A stretch of 64,000 nt of DNA, from NCBI GenBank assembly GCA_041576165.1, contig JBFGLM010000004.1, positions 82,865-146,864 of the forward strand. The letters are read 5' to 3'. Shown one piece after another: positions 55,826-64,000 of the stretch. Positions within the stretch are counted from its first letter, which is position 1, and each line of letters opens with the position of its first letter. The position numbers and the translations under genes are program-made. The notes under the pieces are model-generated. The model was not told where the DNA came from, did no database searches, and worked only from the letters and a program-made list of their open reading frames with translations. This stretch comes from Acidimicrobiia bacterium (GTDB taxonomy: Bacteria; Actinomycetota; Acidimicrobiia; Spongiisociales; Spongiisociaceae).

Positions 55826-56932
55826 TCAGGCGGGCGACAGTTCGAGGAGCGACGCCGTGTAGCCGTGTAGGTGATTGACTCCGCCCACCGGTCCAATCTC
55901 ACCGGCTGCGAAGAATCCGGCGAGCGCCTGTGGCGTTCGCAAGGTGTCCACCATCTCGGCGTCGTGGTTGGGTCGGCCGAAGAAACGGCTCCCCCGGGCG
56001 TTGCATGTGAATAGGAGAGCCCCCGCGTCGGGTCGGGTGGGGGTGTCGGATAGCATCGTATTCAACTCTGCCGCGGCCGAGTCTGGATCGCGAACGTGGA
56101 GCTGAACCGTCTGGCCGACGTTGACCGGGCCGCCGACGGCAACGTACCCGAGTTCTTGATCTGCGCCGAGTACCGGTCGGATCAGGAAGTCACCAACTCC
56201 AAACTCGGTCTTGTACTCGTCGACGACGATTCCGAGCTGCAGACCCTGACGGGCCAGCGTCAGGTCGTTCTCATCCAGTTCTCGAACTACGTCGCCCAAG
56301 AACTCGAACGCCGGCCGGCCGCCGATCTCGAAGATGTGGTGACCGCGCACATTCGTCACTACGCCGGGCAGGCCGATCGGCCGGCACCCCTGGCTCACGG
56401 TGGTGGTGAAGCTGATGCCGGGCCCGAGCGCAATCGCCACTCCCCCGGTCTGGTCTACGGTCCCGTCGATCATCAGCCTGGTTCCGTAGCTGCTCGTCGC
56501 CAACCCGCCGATCGTGGGGATGCCGTGACTGCCAAGCTCCTCCACGAAACCCTGGGTGGGAAAGCTGGGCGGATCGGTCAGCAGGATCGCGCCCGACGGC
56601 CGGTCGGGATGGCGCCAGCCTCGAATCGATGTCGCAGTCCCATCCCGAACTGCACGGACACGTGAGATGGTCCACGGCACGTCTCCGAGCGAAGCCTGCC
56701 ACACCACGACCGTCGGCCCCTGCTCGGCTTCGGTCCGTCCGCCGATGACGGCGTCGGCGATGCACCCAACGGTCCGGCCCGGACCATTGGGCCCTTCGAG
56801 TACACCGGCGGCGTCGGGCGTAGCAAAAACGATGACGAGGTCCGGATCTTCTTCAAACGAGGCGCCAGCGTCCGCCCGCGCCCTCATCAGCAAATCATCG
56901 CCACCAGTCGCAAGCCCGACACCGAAACGCAT
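55826..56932 (-). CDS. FIST-domain signal transduction protein
   Basis: TVGC, IGGLA, VSQGCRPIG, ALLFTCNARG, GFFAAGEIGP...LHGYT. Confidence 0.9.
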   Translation of the reverse strand: MRFGVGLATGGDDLLMRARADAGASFEEDPDLVIVFATPDAAGVLEGPNGPGRTVGCIADAVIGGRTEAEQGPTVVVWQASLGDVPWTISRVRAVRDGTATSIRGWRHPDRPSGAILLTDPPSFPTQGFVEELGSHGIPTIGGLATSSYGTRLMIDGTVDQTGGVAIALGPGISFTTTVSQGCRPIGLPGVVTNVRGHHIFEIGGRPAFEFLGDVVRELDENDLTLARQGLQLGIVVDEYKTEFGVGDFLIRPVLGADQELGYVAVGGPVNVGQTVQLHVRDPDSAAAELNTMLSDTPTRPDAGALLFTCNARGSRFFGRPNHDAEMVDTLRTPQALAGFFAAGEIGPVGGVNHLHGYTASLLELSPA

Positions 56933-57005
56933 GGGTACCAGGGTACCGGGCGGTGACTCGTGTGGGCCCCGGTTCGTCGGGAAGCGGCGGCCCCTCGCAG
57001 CTGCG

Positions 57006-57536
57006 TCAGTCGTCGAATCGGTTGATTGCCAGCGGCTCGAGGCGTTCCATGGTCTCGACTGCGAGCTCGGCTTCCTCGGGGTCGTCGGTATGTACGCCCA
57101 CTACGACGTTGCCCTCCTTGACCGATTCGAACGTTTGACGCCAAGCATTGGACAGACCCACGGCAGTTACTCCGCTCAGCGCACCGCCCAAGACGCCGCC
57201 GGACATCGCCCACAGCCCGGCGGCGACCACAGGACCGACCGCAGGGATAGTGAGCGCCGCCCCGGTCAGAGCTCCCACCGCCGCCCCGGCGGCCGCTCCC
57301 CCAGCTGCGGCGATACCAACGGTTCCGCCAGGCCCGTTCGAGGTATCTCCGGGGTCCAGCGCAGCCGTATCCGGCTCGGCCGGATATGCGCCCAGCAGCG
57401 ATAGGTGGCCCGCCTCGATCCCCACGTTTTCCAGGGTTTCGATCATCACGCGAGCGGCGTCGACGGTCCCCACCGCGGCGACGACGTTGTACGGCGCGCG
57501 CACGTCGTCGAGTGATGTCAGTGGTCCGTGATTCAT
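57006..57536 (-). CDS. General-stress-type membrane protein with Gly/Ala zipper
   Basis: GAAAGAAVGAL..IPAVGPVVAAG hairpin, V.EG.VVVGVH. Confidence 0.7.
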   Translation of the reverse strand: MNHGPLTSLDDVRAPYNVVAAVGTVDAARVMIETLENVGIEAGHLSLLGAYPAEPDTAALDPGDTSNGPGGTVGIAAAGGAAAGAAVGALTGAALTIPAVGPVVAAGLWAMSGGVLGGALSGVTAVGLSNAWRQTFESVKEGNVVVGVHTDDPEEAELAVETMERLEPLAINRFDD

Positions 57537-57563
57537 GGTGCTCCTAGCTCATTTGTGGAGTAC

Positions 57564-57589
57564 CTGCCCCGATTGGCAACTATCCAAAC
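57564..57589 (-). promoter_or_regulatory. SigB/SigF-like stress promoter
   Basis: Minus strand reads GTTT-N16-GGGCAG upstream of the stress-type gene. Confidence 0.35.
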
Positions 57590-57755
57590 GTAGGCGCACC
57601 CTGGAGAACTGGTTCTGGTGCGGTCGAGGAGCACTGGCAGGCATCCGCTCCAAATCGAGCCTGCGCGACGGTGTCTCCGCCCCCGCTCGAGGACACCTCC
57701 GTCCGAACTCGGCCCGGGTCAGGAGGCTCGACGCCCTGGTCGAACATATTCGGGG

Positions 57756-57784
57756 TTGACGGCAGTACTACTCCGCTATATGGT
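57756..57784 (+). promoter_or_regulatory. Sigma-A promoter of the LacI gene
   Basis: TTGACG-N17-TATGGT. Confidence 0.7.
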
Positions 57785-57817
57785 GCTGGGAGCGCTCTCT
57801 GAGAGCGCTCCCAGCAC
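57783..57817. promoter_or_regulatory. Double CebR/CelR-type LacI operator
   Basis: 35-bp perfect inverted repeat containing TGGGAGCGCTCTCT and TGAGAGCGCTCCCA; consensus is TGGGAGCGCTCCCA. Confidence 0.85.
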
Positions 57818-57833
57818 TTGGGAGGCGGGGAGG

Positions 57834-58868
57834 ATGAAGTTGACCCTCGAGGACATCGGTCGCCTGGCCGGCGTCTCGCGCTCCACCGTGTCGCGGGTGG
57901 TGAACGGGCAGGCCAGTGTGAGCGCCGATGTTCGGGAGCGGGTAGAAGAAGTCATCTCCCGTACCGGGTACGCCCCCAATCTCGCCGCCCGGTCGCTCGT
58001 CTCAAGCCGCACGGGTGTGATTGGCCTCGTCATCCCGAGCCGGGTCCACAACCTCTTCGAGGATCCGTATTTCGCCCGCCTCATCCAGGGAATCAGCGCA
58101 GCCAGCAACCAAGCCGGCACCACCCTTTCGCTCTTTCTGTTTCAGACCGAGGAAGAGGAAAACAAGCTATATCCACGCGTGGTGGCGTCCGGGCTGGTTG
58201 ACGGCGTCATTCTCACAGCGACCCGTATGGGTGATCCCCTGCTCGCCCGTATGGCAACCGGAGACCTGCCGCTGGTGATGGTAGGCCGACCAGACATCGA
58301 CGGCGTCAGCTATGTGGACGCGGCCAACCGCGACGGCGCCCGCCGGGCAGCCAACCACCTGTGCAATCTCGGGTACGAGCGCATCGGGCTGCTGGGCGCC
58401 CCCACCTCGACGACCGCCGGACTCGACCGCCTCAATGGATTCATCGAGGGCCTGACCACGTGCGGGATAGCGTTCGACCCGAATCTCCGGGTAGACGGAG
58501 ATTTCTCCGAGGCCAGCGGCTACACCGCTATGCAGCAGCTGATCCCGCGGCGGCCCGATGCCGTGTTTGTCGGGTCCGACACCATGGCCATGGGCGCACT
58601 GCGGGCACTGCGGGAGGCCGGGATCTCGGTACCGCAGGGCATGGCACTGGTCAGCTTCGATGGCCTCCCTGCGTCAGAGAACTCGATTCCGGCGCTGACC
58701 ACTGTGCGCCAGCCGGTGGCTGCGAATGGCGCGCGGGCAGTCGAGCTGCTCAAGGAACTGGTGAGCCGGCAGGTGACGGGGCCCGTATCGGAGACGCTGC
58801 CGGTGGAACTGGTTGTTCGGGACTCGTGCGGGGCGACACGTGCTTCCGCCGGGGCGGAGGTCGAATGA
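57834..58868 (+). CDS. LacI-family repressor (CebR/CelR-like)
   Basis: TLEDIGRLAGVSRSTVSRVVNG, GYAPNLAARSL, LTTVRQP, LVVRDS. Confidence 0.93.
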   Translation: MKLTLEDIGRLAGVSRSTVSRVVNGQASVSADVRERVEEVISRTGYAPNLAARSLVSSRTGVIGLVIPSRVHNLFEDPYFARLIQGISAASNQAGTTLSLFLFQTEEEENKLYPRVVASGLVDGVILTATRMGDPLLARMATGDLPLVMVGRPDIDGVSYVDAANRDGARRAANHLCNLGYERIGLLGAPTSTTAGLDRLNGFIEGLTTCGIAFDPNLRVDGDFSEASGYTAMQQLIPRRPDAVFVGSDTMAMGALRALREAGISVPQGMALVSFDGLPASENSIPALTTVRQPVAANGARAVELLKELVSRQVTGPVSETLPVELVVRDSCGATRASAGAEVE

Positions 58869-58967
58869 TTGGAGACTGATCACCGCCCGCCATGATGGAC
58901 CGGCGCCGCCCAGATCTAGGGTGACTGGGCGCCCCGGCAACAACCCAGGCGGATGAACGAGCGTTCT

Positions 58968-58981
58968 TGGGAGCGCTCTCA
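58968..58981. promoter_or_regulatory. CebR/CelR-type operator upstream of the ABC operon
   Basis: TGGGAGCGCTCTCA. Confidence 0.8.
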
Positions 58982-59042
58982 CAACAAGAACCAATAGGCA
59001 CAGAAGAAAGAAAGCAAGGTAGTGCAGGAGGAGAGAACACAC

Positions 59043-60509
59043 ATGAGGTTCATCAGATGGATCGCAGTGCTGACCGCACTGATGCTCGTGGCCGCGGCAT
59101 GCGGCGGCGGCGATGACGACACTGGTGCGGCAACAGCCGCCACGGAGGCCGGCGACACGACGGCGAGTACAGAGCCGCCAGCGACAACCGAGGCGGCGAC
59201 AACGGCAGCACCGACCGAGACGACCGCGGCCGCCGCAACAGGCGACCGCACCCAGGTTCGCTGGTATGTGGGCCTTGGCACCGGTGGCAACCCGGAGCAG
59301 GTCGAGGCGCAAGAGGCCGTCGTCGAAGAGTTCAACGCTTCTCAGGACGAGATCGAATTGGTGTTGGAGATCGTCCAGAACGAGGTGGCGTACGACACGC
59401 TTTCGACCCAGATCGCTTCCGGCAACGCTCCGGACATCATCGGGCCGGTCGGAATCCGCGGTGCCAACGCTTTCAACGGGCGCTGGCTCGACCTGCAACC
59501 GCTGGTCGACTCGACGGGCTACGACCTCAGCCAGTGGACGGACGAGCAAGTCGACGTGTGGCGGACCGACGAGGGCCTGGTCGGACTCCCCTTCGGCGTC
59601 TTCCCGTCCATGATCTTCTACAACAAGGACCTCTTTGATGAGGCCGGCCTGCCCTACCCGCCCCAAGAGTTCGGTGCGGATTACGACGGCCAGCCGTGGA
59701 ACATGGAGACGGTTCGTGAGATCTCTCAGTTCCTCACCGTCGACGCCAACGGCAACGACGCCACGAGCCCCGATTTCGATCCCGACAACATCGTCCAATT
59801 CGGCTATGTCGACCAGTGGACCGAGCCCCAGCGCTTCGCGACCATGTTCGGTGCGGGCTCGATGGTCAACCCGGATGGCACGCCCAACATACCGGCCGAG
59901 TGGAGGGATGCTTTCAGCTGGTACTACGAGGGGGTGTGGGAAGACAACTTCATCCCCAACGCGGAGTACGAAGGCAGTGACATCCTGGCGGCGGGTAATC
60001 CGTTCGACTCCGGCAACGTTGCCATGGCGCATACGCACCTCTGGTACACGTGCTGCCTGGAAGGCGTCTCCGACAGCTGGGATCTGGCGGTCGTACCCCA
60101 GTACGAAGGCGAGTACACGGCCGCGCTGCACGCCGACGTCTTCCGGATTCTGAACACCACCGAGCAGCCGGAAGAGGCATTCCAGGTACTCACGTACCTG
60201 ATCGGCGAGGCTGCGCCCGACCTGCTGGACGTATACGGGGCGATGCCGGCGCTCGAGAGCGCCCAGGACGCGTTCTTCGCGGCGCAGGATGAGAAGTATC
60301 CCCAGGGAGTCAACTGGCAGGTGGCTGTGGACAGCCTGGCCTACCCGGACATCCCGAGCCATGAGCAGGATATGCCCAATTTCCTGAAGGCTCAGGATCG
60401 ATGGGGTGCCTTCTGGAGCAACCTGACCTCGACGCCGGGGCTCGACGTCAGCAGCGAGATCGACACGTTGTTGAGCGACCTGGCGGGCATCTTCGCCGAG
60501 GCGAGCTGA
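59043..60509 (+). CDS. Sugar ABC transporter substrate-binding lipoprotein
   Basis: GAGGAG RBS, lipobox AAAC, Thr linker, IASGNAPDI, IFYNKDLFDEAGL. Confidence 0.92.
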   Translation: MRFIRWIAVLTALMLVAAACGGGDDDTGAATAATEAGDTTASTEPPATTEAATTAAPTETTAAAATGDRTQVRWYVGLGTGGNPEQVEAQEAVVEEFNASQDEIELVLEIVQNEVAYDTLSTQIASGNAPDIIGPVGIRGANAFNGRWLDLQPLVDSTGYDLSQWTDEQVDVWRTDEGLVGLPFGVFPSMIFYNKDLFDEAGLPYPPQEFGADYDGQPWNMETVREISQFLTVDANGNDATSPDFDPDNIVQFGYVDQWTEPQRFATMFGAGSMVNPDGTPNIPAEWRDAFSWYYEGVWEDNFIPNAEYEGSDILAAGNPFDSGNVAMAHTHLWYTCCLEGVSDSWDLAVVPQYEGEYTAALHADVFRILNTTEQPEEAFQVLTYLIGEAAPDLLDVYGAMPALESAQDAFFAAQDEKYPQGVNWQVAVDSLAYPDIPSHEQDMPNFLKAQDRWGAFWSNLTSTPGLDVSSEIDTLLSDLAGIFAEAS

Positions 60510-60522
60510 TCTCAACCCATGC

Positions 60523-60565
60523 GTGCCGTGTGGGGGATCGCACCCAGCGATCCGCCACACGGCAC
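60523..60565 (+). other. Intercistronic stem-loop after the SBP gene (mRNA stabiliser or partial terminator)
   Basis: GTGCCGTGTGG-G-GGATCGC / GCGATCC-G-CCACACGGCAC. Confidence 0.7.
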
Positions 60566-60588
60566 ATCACACCTGAGGGAGGCAGGAA

Positions 60589-61545
60589 ATGACGACCGAC
60601 ACTCTGGTCGTGAAACCCACGCGACGGCAGCGGCGGGAGGCGCTGGGCGGGATCGAACGCGCTCAACGGCGATGGGGATTCATCTTCATCTCACCGTGGA
60701 TCTTTGGTTTTCTTCTGTTTTTCCTGCTTCCCATGGCCGCCTCTCTCTTCTTTTCGTTCCTGGAGTTCGACCTGATCAGGCCCGAGGACGCCCGGTTCAT
60801 CGGGCTCGCCAACTACCGGCAATGGTTCGGCGATCCGCTCGTGTGGGAGTCACTCCTGGTGACACTCAAGTTTGCCGCCATCATGATCCCGTTCGCCCTG
60901 GCGTTGCCGCTGGGTCTCGCATGGCTGCTGACCTCGAGGAGCCTGTGGGGCAAGCCCTTGTTCCGAACCCTGTTCTTCATGCCAACCATCGTGCCGTTCG
61001 TCTCTGTCGTCTTCATCTGGGGTGGATTCCTCAACACCCAGACAGGCTGGCTCAATCAGATGCTCGGCGTCGTCGGGATCTCGGGGCCGGATTGGTTGAA
61101 CTCAACGACCTGGATCTACCCGGCTCTGGCACTCATCGGGGCGTGGGGCGTCGGCAACGCAATGCTGCTCTTCATTGCCGGTATTCAGGGAATACCAAAG
61201 GACCTCTACGAATCCGCTGAGGTCGACGGAGCCAACACGTGGCACAAGTTCAAGTCGATCACGGTGCCCATGATCTCGCCGATCCTCTTCTACAACCTGG
61301 TGCTGGCGATCATCTTCTTGTTCCAGTATTTCCTGGTGCCATTCGTCCTCAAGAACGGCACCGGTGATCCGGCAAACTCGACGCTCTTCTACAGCCTGTA
61401 TTTCTTCAAAACGGCGTTCACCTTCAACGACATGGGTTATGGAGCGACCCAGGCCTGGATGCTGTTCCTCATCATCATGCTCATCACGCTCGCGATGTTC
61501 GGCACGGCCCGGTATTGGGTCTACTACGAGTTCGGGGAGGACTGA
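60589..61545 (+). CDS. Sugar ABC transporter permease
   Basis: FISPWIFGF, FRTLFFMP, EAA motif LYESAEVDGA. Confidence 0.93.
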   Translation: MTTDTLVVKPTRRQRREALGGIERAQRRWGFIFISPWIFGFLLFFLLPMAASLFFSFLEFDLIRPEDARFIGLANYRQWFGDPLVWESLLVTLKFAAIMIPFALALPLGLAWLLTSRSLWGKPLFRTLFFMPTIVPFVSVVFIWGGFLNTQTGWLNQMLGVVGISGPDWLNSTTWIYPALALIGAWGVGNAMLLFIAGIQGIPKDLYESAEVDGANTWHKFKSITVPMISPILFYNLVLAIIFLFQYFLVPFVLKNGTGDPANSTLFYSLYFFKTAFTFNDMGYGATQAWMLFLIIMLITLAMFGTARYWVYYEFGED

Positions 61546-61548
61546 ACG

Positions 61549-62637
61549 ATGGGAACGACACTCGAGCGAGTCAAGGCCGCCACCGCCGAACCGGAGCAGA
61601 CCAGATCGACACCCAAGATGCGACGCTTCCTGGCCGGCTCGATAGTGACCCTGTTTGCGTCGCTCCTCCTCATCGGATACCTCTCCCCGTTGGGCTACAT
61701 GGCAGTGACGTCGCTCAAAGATCTTCCGATGATCTCCGATCCGGCGGCGCCGCTCCTTCCTTCACTCCCCGAGACCTTTGTCTATGAAGGCGAGGAGGTG
61801 CCGGTGCTGCAAGTGCCGATCGACGGCGACATCCGCCCACTGGCACTCATCCAGCCGGGGCGTGAATCAAGCGTATTCGTAGATCCCTCCGACCTGGAGG
61901 CCGGGCCGATCGAATGGGAGGGGCGCTGGCGGCAACTGGAGGCGACGTACACCGCCGCGCCGGTCTGGGAGAACTACTCCACTGCGTGGAGCACGCTCGA
62001 CATGACCCGCATTCTCTTCAACACTTTCGCGATCGCAGCCATCGGAGTGGTTGGGACGCTGGCCTCGTCCGTGTGCGTCGCCTATGGGTTCTCACGATTC
62101 CGCTTCCCGTTCAAGAAGACGCTGTTCATCATCCTGATCTCGACCATCGTGCTGCCCCGGTACGTGACGCTAGTGCCGACCTTCGCGTTCTTCTCGTGGA
62201 TCGGCTGGGTTGGCACCTGGCTCCCCCTGCTCGTACCGCACTTCTTCGCCAATGCGTACAACATCTTTCTCTTGCGGCAGTACTTCCTGACGATCCCGCG
62301 GGCGCTCGACGAGGCGGCGCTCATCGACGGGGCCAGCCCGCTGCGCACCTTGTGGTCGGTGATACTCCCGAATGCGAAGCCGGCGATTGTGGCTGTGTCG
62401 CTGTTCCACTTCTTCTTTGCGTGGAACGACTTCTTCGAACCGCTGATCTACCTGGCGGCCACGCCGGACCTGCAACCGATCTCGGTGGCAATGCAGCAGT
62501 TCAACGCCCTGTACGCCCAGCAGCCGCACCTCATCCAGGCGACCGCACTGTTGGGAATGGTCGTACCGGTGCTGTTCTTTTTCGCCGCACAGAAAGTGTT
62601 CCTACAGGGCGCCAGCCTGGCGGGCGTCAGCAAATGA
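61549..62637 (+). CDS. Sugar ABC transporter permease
   Basis: AYGFSRFRFP, IFLLRQYF, LDEAALIDGA, WNDFF.PLIYL. Confidence 0.93.
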   Translation: MGTTLERVKAATAEPEQTRSTPKMRRFLAGSIVTLFASLLLIGYLSPLGYMAVTSLKDLPMISDPAAPLLPSLPETFVYEGEEVPVLQVPIDGDIRPLALIQPGRESSVFVDPSDLEAGPIEWEGRWRQLEATYTAAPVWENYSTAWSTLDMTRILFNTFAIAAIGVVGTLASSVCVAYGFSRFRFPFKKTLFIILISTIVLPRYVTLVPTFAFFSWIGWVGTWLPLLVPHFFANAYNIFLLRQYFLTIPRALDEAALIDGASPLRTLWSVILPNAKPAIVAVSLFHFFFAWNDFFEPLIYLAATPDLQPISVAMQQFNALYAQQPHLIQATALLGMVVPVLFFFAAQKVFLQGASLAGVSK

Positions 62638-62676
62638 ACGAGTCCGGCTGAAGGCTGGGGGGAGGAGAAGAGGGGC

Positions 62677-64000
62677 ATGACCACCATGATCGTAGGGAGG
62701 AAACGCCGGCTCGGCTTGTTGGGCCTAGCGTTGATGTTGGCGGTATCGCTGCTGGCGCTGCCGATTACACCGCTCACGGCGGATGCTGCCTCCACCGAGG
62801 TCGTCTTCGACGACATGGAGCACGGCGATCCGTTCGCCAACGGCTGGTTCTCGTTCGGCGGCTCCGTGGGCGGGGGCGGTATCGGCCCGAACGCCGCGGA
62901 CCTTCCGCCGGGCACGACCGGTTCCTTCTCGCTCGAGACCGGATGGGGCTCGGGTGGCACGCCCGGCTTCTTCGGCGGCTTCGGGCGAACCAGCCTGATC
63001 GACCTCTCCGGCACTGCGCACTTCAACTTCTGGATCAACCCCGACGCGGGCGTCGACGCGATCCTCGAGGTCAATCTCCAGGACGACGACAACAACGACG
63101 ACGCCATCGGCAGCCCGGCCGACGATGAGTTCCAATTCAACTGCGTGGTCAGCCCGGCCGGCCCGTGCGCGGTGAGCGGCGGCGGCTGGCAGCTCGTGTC
63201 GATTCCCCTTGCGGACTTCTTCGACGACAACTCCTTCCTCACCGGCGGCAACGGCGTCCTCGACCCGGTCCCCGCCAGCGGCGGTGGCAACGGCCAGCTC
63301 GTCAACGTCGTGTGGGCCATCATCAGCAACACCGGCGCCGACGTCACCTTCCGCACCGACGACTGGACGTTCACCGACACGCCGCTGGCGGCCCCGACCA
63401 TCATCGACGACTTCGAGTCGGGCCTGCCCGTCGGCAGCGACGGCTTCGGCAACACAGTCGGCTGGTTCACGTTCAGCGACGGCAGCCCCGTCGCCATCAG
63501 CACCACGACCTCGCCGCCTGCGCCGGTGCCGGGCAGCGCCGCCGGCAACACGGTGCTGCAGATGGACGCCAACGTGACCGCGTTCGCCGGCTTCATCCAC
63601 GCCTTCGAGAACCCGGCGGTCGACACCTGGGTCACCCAGGACTGGTCGGACCGCGAGGGCTTCGCCTTCTGGCTCTACGGATCCAACACCGGCACCGACC
63701 TGTTCGTCGACCTCCTCGAGAACCGTAACCCCGGCTCCACCGTTGACGACGCCGAGCGCTGGACGGTCACCTTCAAAGACGACTTCAGCGGCTGGCAATA
63801 CTTCGAGTTCCCCTTCGCCGATTTCGTCCGCAAGGAGATCGGCAACGGCGCCCCCAACGACGGCCTGACCCTGTTCGAGGTACACGGCTGGGCGTTCGGC
63901 ACGCTCAACACCGGCGGGCTGGCGTCCTTCTGGATCGACGACGCCAGCCTCTTCGGCGCCGGCGTTGTGGCCGACCTGGCGGTGAACTTCTCAGCCGGTA
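62677..64000 (+). CDS. Secreted multidomain carbohydrate-binding protein (tandem CBM11-like modules), truncated by the window end
   Basis: Absent from the ORF track because there is no stop in the window. I translated it from ATG 62677 behind a GAGGGG RBS: signal peptide, VFDDME..W..WQLVSIPLADF, IDDFESG..QDWSDREGFAFWLYG..GWQYFEFPFADF..FWIDD. Confidence 0.8.
   Translation, partial: MTTMIVGRKRRLGLLGLALMLAVSLLALPITPLTADAASTEVVFDDMEHGDPFANGWFSFGGSVGGGGIGPNAADLPPGTTGSFSLETGWGSGGTPGFFGGFGRTSLIDLSGTAHFNFWINPDAGVDAILEVNLQDDDNNDDAIGSPADDEFQFNCVVSPAGPCAVSGGGWQLVSIPLADFFDDNSFLTGGNGVLDPVPASGGGNGQLVNVVWAIISNTGADVTFRTDDWTFTDTPLAAPTIIDDFESGLPVGSDGFGNTVGWFTFSDGSPVAISTTTSPPAPVPGSAAGNTVLQMDANVTAFAGFIHAFENPAVDTWVTQDWSDREGFAFWLYGSNTGTDLFVDLLENRNPGSTVDDAERWTVTFKDDFSGWQYFEFPFADFVRKEIGNGAPNDGLTLFEVHGWAFGTLNTGGLASFWIDDASLFGAGVVADLAVNFSAG

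Noticed and set aside
57740-57753. TCGAACATATTCGG as a LexA SOS box
   Set aside because: Two bases too short for GAAC-N4-GTTC, imperfect right arm, and it precedes a sugar regulator.
62448-63885. Long minus-strand ORFs 62448-63635 and 62725-63885
   Set aside because: Antisense shadows of the + strand CBM-repeat gene starting at 62677, which has an RBS, a signal peptide and recognisable modules.
1-64000. tRNA, rRNA, IS elements, integrases, prophage
   Set aside because: No cloverleaf, rRNA, transposase, integrase or phage structural signatures seen by eye; tRNAscan-SE and ISEScan would be needed to exclude them formally.

Overview
High-GC bacterial chromosomal window, most consistent with Actinomycetota and probably Acidimicrobiia (inferred from F420 genes, actinobacterial serC, CebR-type operators, many leaderless-type promoters and Thr-rich secreted proteins). 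It holds about 60 genes, mostly metabolic or housekeeping: ppx, gpsA, ung, serC, pyk, cofC, a xanthine-dehydrogenase-type cluster, an ECF sigma/anti-sigma operon, a two-component system, a dynamin-like GTPase pair, and a LacI-controlled beta-glucan-type ABC locus that runs off the right edge. I found no tRNA, rRNA, IS element, prophage or CRISPR array. Highlights the ORF track does not show or explain: (1) an OsmC-family gene that continues through an in-frame TGA at the catalytic Cys position, with a SECIS-like hairpin (probable selenoprotein); (2) a coupled nurA-herA-sbcD(mre11)-sbcC(rad50) operon behind a PafBC/RecA-NDp-type DNA-damage promoter; (3) an orphan FlgM-like anti-sigma gene with its own sigma-28-type promoter, converging on (4) an unannotated ~160-nt structured sRNA with its own promoter and terminator; (5) a two-component system flanked by two paralogous Thr-stalk surface proteins that share 11-bp-phased upstream repeats. 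All calls come from reading motifs by eye; no searches were run.
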